Below the pieces are notes generated by a model. That model was given only the letters and a program-made list of their open reading frames with translations. It was not told where the DNA came from and did no database searches. A DNA stretch of 64,000 nt from Squalus acanthias (taxonomy: Eukaryota). The stretch is taken from NCBI GenBank assembly GCA_030390025.1, contig CM059427.1:167214001-167278000 (forward strand), in the 5' to 3' direction. Below are positions 55,501 through 64,000 of the stretch, piece after piece; positions within the stretch are counted from its first letter, which is position 1; each line of letters starts with the position of its first letter. The translations under genes were made by a program, and so were the position numbers.

Positions 55501-56326
55501 GGGCTGGATTTTACCAGCCCTGAGGAGGCGGGTTTGGAGGTGGGACTGCTGGGAAAGTTTAAAAGAATGGGAGCGGGTCCCAAACCCGCTCCCAACCCAC
55601 CTCCAACCAATCTTCCCAGGAGTCAGGCCCCCGATTTGCGCAGGGACCCGACTCCTAGCGGTGGGAAGAGGATTATAGCCACTTAACTGCCTGTTAACAG
55701 GTAGTTAACAGGCAGTTAACAGGCGTTTTCCCATTTTTAGACTTCTGCTGCGTGCTTCCCGATGTTGGGGAACCCCGCCAGGGTAAGTGAGGCATGCTGT
55801 GGGTCTGTTGTACTGTTGGTGTACAGATGACAGCTGCAGAAGTGGTGTGAAGGATGCAATGGGACACTGGTGAGTATCAGAGGTAAGGAAATGTAGGGAA
55901 AGTCATTTTTAAAGTGTTTAGATTTTACTGTAGGTGACAAGCTTTGAAGTGTTTGTGTGGCCTCACCTCAATGGGAAAAGTGATAGATCGCTTCTGTACC
56001 CTCACCTGCAGCTGCCATTTGTTTCATCCTAAGGAGAGAGTCATTGGAGAACCTGGGTGCAAGGGCTCACCTTTGTACACTGTCAAATCATCTGTCAAAA
56101 ATTTATCGTTCATGTGCCTTTAAGAAAACCGGCAGATGAAGCGTCATTAACTGACGTCATCTGACACCGGCTTTCCCTTTATTGGCCAGCAAGCCCGCAG
56201 GGTGGGCTTAACAAGGCCGATCAGGGGAAAATAGCGTCTGTGCGTCGGATGTCGCTGGGGGCGGGACTAGAACCCGGAAGGCAGCAGTCCCGCTCCCAAC
56301 ACGTCTCGGTGAATAAAATCCAGCCC
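55501..56326. mobile_element. Harbinger-type MITE (826 bp) inside the CR1 3' tail
   Basis: 13-bp TIR GGGCTGGATTTTA/TAAAATCCAGCCC, TSD TAT/TAT, splits the (ATGACTCT)n tail. Confidence 0.88.
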
Positions 56327-57411
56327 TATGACTCTATGACTCTGTAAGACACAAGTGAGCAAGAGCAGATGGTGGCGACAGGGACAGCAGTGGAGACTCC
56401 TCGCCAGTGGGTGCAGGACGCTCCCAGCTCTGCTCAGCTGCATGCAGATGCTGGGCCTTGAGGGCCATTGAGAAAAAGGGTGATCCTGGATGTGCAGCAA
56501 GAAGTGCAGGAGGCTTTGGCAGGTTTTGCAACCACGATGTCTGCAAATGTGCAGAGAATGGAGGAGTCCATCTCCAACATGAGCACCACCGTGTCGCAGG
56601 TGATGGCAACTGTAGGTTCTTCCATGGATAGAATGGCCACCTGCATGGAGCAGTTAATGCGCCACTCACAGGAACACATGGAATCTATGGAGAATAGATG
56701 GCTATGGAGAATAGATGGCAGACGCTAAGAGACCTCCTCTCCAGGAGGGATGTCAATGTACACTTGGGTCCTCATGGCCCCGCTGCTGTGCAGCAAGGTG
56801 CTCTCCAGCTCCTTACTAGCAGGGAAGTGCGGGTGGCCCATGAGAGGGATGACGGTGAGAGGGGACATGGAATTGGGGGCTCCTCTCAAAGTGCTCACAC
56901 TTCACCCCTATTGACTCCCCCGCAGTCAGAGCCCCACATGCCTTCTGGGATCGCGATGGCCAAGTCTGCCCCTGCACAGTCACAGGAGGAGCAGACTTTG
57001 GTGGGGCCATCACAGGCTGCAAGACCCAGAGAACATCCTCCAAAAGTGTCTATGCAGTCGCAGCGGGGAAGTGAGCAGGCTGCCTCTACCTCTGCCCCAG
57101 GGGTAGCACCTCGTAGAAACATGCGTAAGCACTTGGGTGTTTTAATAACTGTTTGTGTGACGTTTCCGTTCATGTGATGTCTCAGATAAAAATTCTTATT
57201 TTCACCACTTTCCAGTCATGCCAATTGTGTCTGCAACTTTGGAAGTGGCTTAGTGAGTTGGAGTGAATGGTGAGACATAACGTTACCTCCAGCAATGGTG
57301 GTCAATGTGATAGGAATGGTCTGGTCATTGTAAGGATGCTTTATGGTGTTGCTGTGGGGTGGTAGGAACCTGGCACAGCATGTGGTAGTCATATGGGTGT
57401 AATGCATGAAG

Positions 57412-58644
57412 TTAAATAAATCCGGCCATGATGAGCCCATCCCTGGCCTTCTGGGCAGCAATATGCTCGGATTCTGGTGACATCTGGACCGCAGATTCCT
57501 CCTGCTCCTCCTCCTCATCTTCCAGCTGATGCTCCTCCTCCTCCTCTGAAGAGGCTGTACGCTCAGAGCCTTGCTCCTCATGCAGCGCTAATCCTCGCTG
57601 CTGAGTTATGTTGTGCAGGGCGCAGCAGACCATGATGATTCTGGAGACCCTGGCTGGTGCGTACTGAAGGGCTCCTCCAGATCTATCAAGGCATCTGAAG
57701 CGCATTTTCAGCATGCCTATTGTCTGCTCTATGACACTTCTGGTTGAAATGTCGCTTTCATTATATCTCTCCTCGGCCTCAGTACTTGGCCTCCTCAAGG
57801 GTGTCATGAGCCACGTCTTCAGTGGATAGCCTTTGTCTCCAAACAGCCAGCCGGAAAGTCTGTTTGGAGGAGCAAAGAGCTGAGGGAGGGTGGACTGGCG
57901 CAGGATGAAAGAGTCACGGCAGCTGCCAGGGAATTTGGCGCACAAATGCATGATGATCTTACTATGGTTGGAGACGAGCTGCACATTGAGGGAATGGAAG
58001 CTCTTGCGGTTGACAAAGACTCCTGGGTGATGATGGGGTGTCCTGATGGCCACATGTGTGCAGTCGATGACGCCCTGCACCCGTGAGAAGCCAGCCAGAG
58101 CAGCAAAGCCCAGCGCCCGCTCAGTAACACTGGCTTCATCAGTGGCAAAGTTGATATAATTGGCTTACTTGTCAAACATGACATCTGTGACCTGTGTGAT
58201 GCATCTGTGGGCGGCTGACTGCGAGATGCCACAAATGTCTGCTGCAGATCCCTGGAAGGAGCCTGAGGTGAAGAAGTTGAGGGCGCTGGTGACTTTGACA
58301 GCCACTGGCAAGGCGTGGCCACCCGCTCCTCTAGGCTGCAGGTCTTGCTCCAGCAATCTGCAAATGTCTGCGATGACCTGGTGTGATAGCCTGAGCCTCC
58401 TTTGGCACTGCTGCTTAGTCATGTTGAGGAAGCTCATCCTCTGCCTGTATAACCTATGTTGGGGGTATCGCCTCCGGTGTGATGCAGCTTTGCGCAGATG
58501 CCCTCTGTCCTGTGCAGCATCAGGTTGGTGAGGAGAAAGTTGGTGGTGTTTTTGGTGCTGCTGATGTACCTGGTACTGCTGGTGTTGGGGCTCATCAAGG
58601 TCCGATTCTGAGGACCAAGGTGAAACAGTATAAACAGCACCCAT
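57412..58644 (-). pseudogene. Harbinger (HARBI1-family, DDE_Tnp_4-like) transposase with one in-frame stop
   Basis: ORFs 58165-58644 and 57412-58080 share one frame, broken only by TAA at 58165-58167. Motifs [63 protein letters not shown]. Confidence 0.93.
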
Positions 58645-59192
58645 GCTTATGTAATAGATGGCAGGCCAAGTAGAGATGACAGAAGCAATCTGTCAATGGT
58701 GTGATAGGTGGTACCAATGAGGTGACAGTGGATCCCCACTTTGCTGAAAAGACTTGCAACCTCTAGAAAGCTAAATCTGTGCTGACAATGCAGTCAGGAA
58801 CAGCATCTGCCGTAGGAAAGTAACCAGGTGTCAGGTGGGAGTATTAATTGTGCTTTTCATGCTGTGCACTAAAGAGCTGAATCAATAGCCACTGAACTTC
58901 CGCCTCTGGTTCACAGACGTGATTCCCAAGCTGCGTGATTCCCGTGGTCATCCAGGGAAATTTGAAAGGTAAAGTTAAAATGATGATTAAGTGTCTGACA
59001 AGTACCTCATAATGATCTAAATTACCTTGGCCGCCTCTGCCGTTTGGGTCGCTGCCACACTGGCAAACGCGCCTGAGGGAAAGGTGCACGGGGGCAGGAT
59101 GACGGCGGGTTCCCAACCCACTAAAGTTATTTCAAATTTCCCTCCCGACCCGCCTCCATTCCCGCCCGCATGGACGTCAGAACATTCCTGCC

Positions 59193-59260
59193 TATATGTC
59201 TGCTCTCTCAGATGGATGTAAAAGATCCCATAACACTATTTGAAAAAGAGCAGGGGAGTT
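59193..59260 (+). mobile_element. Continuation of the same SINE after the Harbinger
   Basis: tctctcagatggatgtaaaagatccc...gaaaaagagcaggggagtt matches the next segment of the copies at 34000-34060 and 5860-5915. Confidence 0.72.
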
Positions 59261-61689
59261 CATCCACCATAATCATTTACAAGTGTAGCCTCTCCTGCCA
59301 CCTATTCACTTTACTGACTACATAAGAAGTAGAATTGGCATTTGTCCACAAGTTGAAGGTCACAACATTGTCACAAATTTGCTCTGTCAGTACTGCAGAT
59401 ACATGAATTTAAACACAATGATATATCAATACAGTAAGGCCATAATGGTCCAAACTGAAATTAATTTGGACAGCTTCAACTCAGCTCCAGAAATGTAACT
59501 CTTCACCAAAGAGTGTACAGAGATTGAGTTCACGAGCTTTTGATACAGAAGACTTATGTGAGACAATTCTAAAAATATATAGAGATTTTTTAAAAGAATC
59601 AACATGCAATTTACAGTTGGTGAATCAGTCAATCACAACATTAACAGTTCTAAAAGGAGAAAACATACAATCTTTTTAACAGAGAATCTTACTTTTAAAT
59701 CTTAACTTCGCTACAGTATTACAGTTCTTAAAGGTTCCTTATACAGGATATCCATCAATATCAAATACCTTTGATCCCCGAGGTACAAAAAGTTGGAGAC
59801 TACAGAGCCGCCTCTGTGGTCGAGAATCGCTTTGCCCGATTAAAGCGAGTCTGATATCCCATTTGAAACTTCAATATTTATACCCTTTTCCAGTTGTATT
59901 TCCTTTAAGGTTTTCTGCTGATGCAAGTTAATTATCCCTATTCATCTTTCTGCCAACCTCTGCAATTCTTACTGCTACATCAGCCAGAATCTTGTCTCAT
60001 CTCCAGGTGTTCTAGGGTCACCATATAGAACGGTGTGAAAGGCAGGTGTTCCTTATTTTATGTCATCTTTACAAGGGCAGATGTTCCTTATCTTATGTGC
60101 CATCTTTACGAAGTTTAAATTAGAACACCTTATCCAGGGTGAACCATTGTTTTTGTTCCCAAAGGTCAGCCTGTCAGAGCCCTTCACCTTCTGTTTCAAT
60201 AAGGTTATTTATTCAGGGTCAGCAACTGTCTTATCTCAATAGCCAGAATTCTTTCATAGCTATTTCATAGTTAGGTTTCTAAATTTCCAAACCCAGTTTG
60301 TCATGTTTTAATAAGACCAGAATTCTTTCATAAGATAGTGTATTTTTCTGAATAGGTTATATGGCTTATTCCTTCACAAGATGACCCATTCCAAAGCATT
60401 GCGGTACTTGATCAGTACACTTGGCTTGTGCTTAGGAGTTCACTACTGAACTTTAATTATGATAATATGTTTTTTTTTAAAGGTTATCTCAACCCAAGGC
60501 AAAAAAAATAAAAGCATTTCCTATGCACCAGAACTGAAATTATCCAAGGTATTACTTTCGCAAAACAACAGGAACATTAGATAGTGCCAATACAATGATT
60601 ATAGTAAACAGTTTTGCAGGGTAGTTTGCTGTGTATTGTTACAGATCGGTTTCAGCTTCACAGAAATGCAAACTGTGCATCATAACTGCAGCCAAACCAC
60701 CATTGGCTTGGCTTTTGACTACAAGTGTGAGAGATAACTTCATTATAACTGCAACCAAAATAAAACCAAAATTAAAACTTAAACATTTCCTAAGCAGTCT
60801 ACTGCAGTAGCTTTACAATTTTAATGTTAGCAGATCAACAAAACAATCAGCTCTTTATTAATGAAGGTGTATATTTTTTTTATCATTTCTGATATTATCC
60901 AGCTTAAATTTATATTGTGTACAAATTAGTCATATACTTACAACTTTTTCAATAATTTGAATATATATTTGTAAATATTCTGTGTGTGTTTCCTTTCTTT
61001 TCATCTCGCCTTCCACATCAAGGCTCTCTCTGTCTCTGTTTCTCTTGCCTTATTCTCTACTTCCCTATTTTGTTTTGCCTTGCCTCTTTCTCTTTCTGTC
61101 TTGGCTCTCTGCGTAGCTACTGAGTGTTTGTTGAATATGGACCTAGGGTGATGATTTGGAGGAGCACAGAATGCAACAACTCAGAGATCTAGAATGCTGA
61201 TGCCCACTTGCATTTTGCACTCTATCCTTTGTCTCTTTCACTGCATTGTTTCTCTCTCTTTCAGTCTTTGACTTTTTAACATCTTTAACATGTTGAAGCA
61301 CAGGAGATCCATCTTGAAGTGGAGACTGCAGAATGGGTGGGGTTTGGTTTGCAGTGCACCTGAAAGCCTCTTGTGATTTGTTCTGTAGACCAGTGAGAAA
61401 ATGAGATTTTGTTTGAACAAACATTCAGTAGCTAATAAACCACCCAACAGCAGACACCAAAAGAACAGAATGAAAGACTGAATCAGCTGCACTTTCATGC
61501 CTGCCAAAACCCTTAAACAGGTGTTTCTCTGTGTTTCAGTGGGCTCTGTGTTTCTAATGTGATTGCAGTAGCAATGAGACCTTCTACACAATATGTTCAT
61601 TGCTCTGTAATTGATGTGAACTGTGATGGAAAGATACTGACGTGGTGTGTTTGTTTCTTATTTGGCAGAAATTCAATACAAATGTGTAT

Positions 61690-62045
61690 TTTTTCTTGCC
61701 AATTTTCTTCCCTCCCCTCCTGAAGGTTATTACCTATATTCAGGTGCAAGTCTTGACAGTAATTGTTGGCAAGCTACTTAATCACTGGAGTATCACTGCC
61801 TAGCCCAGTCTTGTTCTTGCCTAAAATCCAGACACATGCACGTGCAGCAGGCATTATTGGATAGCAATCAGAAAACCTGGTCAATTTCCTCCTCCCTAAC
61901 TCAGGAGTGCTGAGGCCAATCGTGCTGCAACCACCTCCCCAGCTGAGATCAACCAACCCAGCAAAGACTGAGGATTCAACTTGGAACCTTCCTGGTCCGT
62001 GTGGTTCAGCTACTCACTGGATTGAATCATTGAACCATCAGGGAG
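61690..62045 (-). mobile_element. Old tRNA-SINE
   Basis: B-box-like ggattcaacttgg on the + strand near 61972; related to 25630 and 50860. Confidence 0.5.
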
Positions 62046-62112
62046 ATTTAAAGAAAAATAAAAGCAAGACATCATATTTGAAAAGTGCGGTGGCTGATTA
62101 CAATAATCCATT

Positions 62113-62874
62113 GGGCCAGAAATTTGGCTGTTGTCAGGTGAGTACGCGCTGTGTACTCACCCGTAAGGCCACCTGAAGTGTCGGTTTCCTGCATGCACTG
62201 CGCATGCGTGGGAAACCGGAACTTCCGTTCCCCTGAAGGGAGGGGTTCAGAGGTGAACCGCGTGCGCGGGAGAGGCTGCGCGCACGCAGCGAACTTCAGG
62301 TTTTTTTTCAGGTTTCTACGGGAAGGTAAGTATGAAGAAGCTGCGCTTTTAAAAAGGAGGCGCAAGGCCTGTTTTTAACAAGGTAAGTGGTTAATTAATT
62401 ACAATTTAAAAAAATTTTCAACAGGTTTATCTTTTTTAGATACTTTAAAGAAAGGTCAGTTTATTTTTAGCACCGTTACAAAGTATAATTAATTTTTTCA
62501 AAAATTTATATTTTTTTAAAGTAGTTAATTTATTTAACTTATAGTTATTTTAAAAATGTGATTTAAAAAAAAAAATTATTTGAAGTTTAAGTGTAGTTTT
62601 GGGGCTGATCTCTCTTCATAGATTTGACAGGTCTTTCTGTCAAATCTATGAATGAAAATGCCCTGCTAGGATTGGCTCTCCATGGCCCACGTGATCCCAG
62701 GGGACGCTTCGAACTAACTGCGCCCCTGGGATACACAAGCACTGCACGCCGGCAGCTGGAGGAGGCCCAGGACCCGAAGTCCTCGTGGGCCCAAAGCACA
62801 ACTGCAGGCGCAGTAGGCAAGTACGCGCGCGATGCTTGCACCCACAGGAAGCCTGAAAGCTGAATTTCTGGCCC
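62113..62874. mobile_element. Harbinger-type MITE (about 760 bp), CpG-rich ends
   Basis: TIR GGGCCAGAAATT/AATTTCTGGCCC, AT-rich core, TGCGCA motifs at both ends; flanks ATT/AAT. Confidence 0.78.
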
Positions 62875-62924
62875 AATGTTTGGATATATGTGGTTGAATG
62901 TTCATCATATAACTGGTTTTTATT

Positions 62925-63642
62925 TTAAAGGGGGTGCAAGAACAGAGAGACCTCAGGGTGCTTGTGCACAAATCTTTGAAGGTGGCAGGACAGGTTAACA
63001 AAGCAGTTAATAAAGCATATGGGATCTGAGCTTTATAAATAGAGGCATAGCGTACAAAAGCCATGAAGTTATGCTAAATCTATATAAAACACTAGCTGGA
63101 GTATTGTGTCCAATTCTGGGCACCACACTTTAGGAAGGGCATGAAGGCTTTGGACAGGGTGCAGAAGAGATTTACTAGAATGGTTCTAGGGATGAGGGAT
63201 TACAGTTACGTGCATAGACTGGAGAAGCTGGCGTTGTCCTTAGAGCAGAGAAGGCTAAGAGGAGATTTGATAGAGGTATTCAAAATCATGTAGGGTTTAG
63301 ATAGAGTAAATAAAGAGAAACTGTTTCCAATGGCTGAAGTGTCGCTAACGAGAGGGCACAGATTTAAGGTGATTGGCAAAAGAACCAGAGGCAACATGAG
63401 GAAAAACATGTTTTATGCAACGAGTGGTTAGGATTTGGAATGCACTGCCTGATAGGGTGGTGGAAACAGATGCAGTAGTAGCCTTCAATAGGAAATTGGA
63501 AAATGCTTGAAGAAGAAAACATTGCAGAGATATGGGGAAAGAGCAGGGGAGGGGGACTAACTGGATTGCTCTTCGAAAGAGCCGGTGCAGACTCGATGGG
63601 CCGAATGGCCTCCTTCTGTGCTGTACTATTCTATTATTCTAT
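62925..63642 (+). mobile_element. CR1 LINE 3' part
   Basis: Similar to 54030-54600 and the reverse complement of 19240-19688; tail (ATTCT)-like. Confidence 0.88.
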
Positions 63643-64000
63643 GGTCTAGGAATTAAAACAAAATAGTTTCTATTCTCTCTTTCAACAAAGCAGCTGGGAA
63701 GAGTACGATGACAGAGAATTCTTACTAGTGTTGGTGAGTACCAGCCAGTCTTTGTTTACAAGCTACAGTTGGCTACAAAAATGGTGGCAGAGCACAGAAT
63801 GCAGAAGATACAGATGCCCACCTGCAACCCTCTTCCCATTCTGTTGTGCCATGGAGAATAGGTTAAGAATACCAACTCATTGCACATAGGACCCTTACAG
63901 TCAACAAAGAGGAAGATCATATTGGTCTTGTCCGGATCTGAACTCAAGACCTAGAGGTCAAAGTGCTGTGTGCTGACCCACTATAGTACGCAAAGTCTTC

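Larger units (their letters stand above)
53660..56346 (+). mobile_element. 5'-truncated CR1 LINE inserted in the Harbinger Myb gene and interrupted by two MITEs
   Basis: RT motifs SGVPQGSVLGP, KFANDTKL (FADD degenerate), LYKALVRPQLEYCVQFWSP, RGDLIEVYKI; 3' tail (ATGACTCT)n. Confidence 0.92.
52594..57177 (+). pseudogene. Harbinger Myb/SANT-like DNA-binding protein gene, 3 exons (52594-~52811, 53150-53309, 53465 onward), split by a CR1 insertion
   Basis: RAAPRFSDDSL..LVEGVRARREVLF..IAEEVNS..RRTWVQ; exon 2 HNKKERERTGGG; GT-AG sites; acidic/Ser-rich exon 3 resumes near 56347 and runs into a coiled coil. Stops at 52798, 53264 and 56459; a 17-bp tandem duplication (56685-56718) causes a frameshift. 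Confidence 0.82.
52310..59192. mobile_element. Full-length, decayed PIF/Harbinger DNA transposon with nested insertions
   Basis: TIRs GGCCGGAATTTTCTG and revcomp GGCAGGAATGTTCTG (13/15), 3-bp TSD TAT on both sides, subterminal GCGGG repeats, convergent Myb-like and DDE genes. Confidence 0.92.

Noticed and set aside
57412-58644. Domesticated host HARBI1 gene
   Set aside because: It has TIRs, a TSD, a partner Myb gene and a premature stop, so it is a transposon copy.
59840-61360. Possible minus-strand exons of a neighbouring gene (QKTLKEIQLEKG...SDSL-stop at 59840-59917; ORF 61143-61424)
   Set aside because: Weak splice signals, incompatible phases and no recognisable protein such as CATSPER3 or PCBD2. 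Cannot be excluded without RNA-seq.

Overview
Eukaryotic, AT-rich, repeat-rich DNA. The SINE/LINE families (HE1/V-SINE-like, Deu-SINE-like, CR1, L2, Penelope) point to a cartilaginous fish, probably a shark. The window holds one host gene, the paired-class K50 homeobox gene Pitx1 on the + strand, with 3 coding exons (37412-37559, 38423-38628, 41105-41653; 300 aa). Two small exons about 30 kb upstream (7842-7895 and 11608/11611-11674) sit behind a CpG-rich promoter-like region and splice in frame onto the homeobox exon. They predict a second, distal-promoter isoform analogous to Pitx2a/b. Downstream is a complete but decayed PIF/Harbinger transposon (52310-59192; Myb/SANT gene plus DDE transposase). 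It is inserted in a SINE and carries a CR1, which in turn carries two Harbinger-type MITEs. Three Penelope-derived inserts contain minimal hammerhead ribozyme motifs, one as a perfect 187-bp palindrome. All family assignments come from reading the sequence and from remembered family features; no searches were run, and repeat boundaries are approximate unless TIR/TSD are given.
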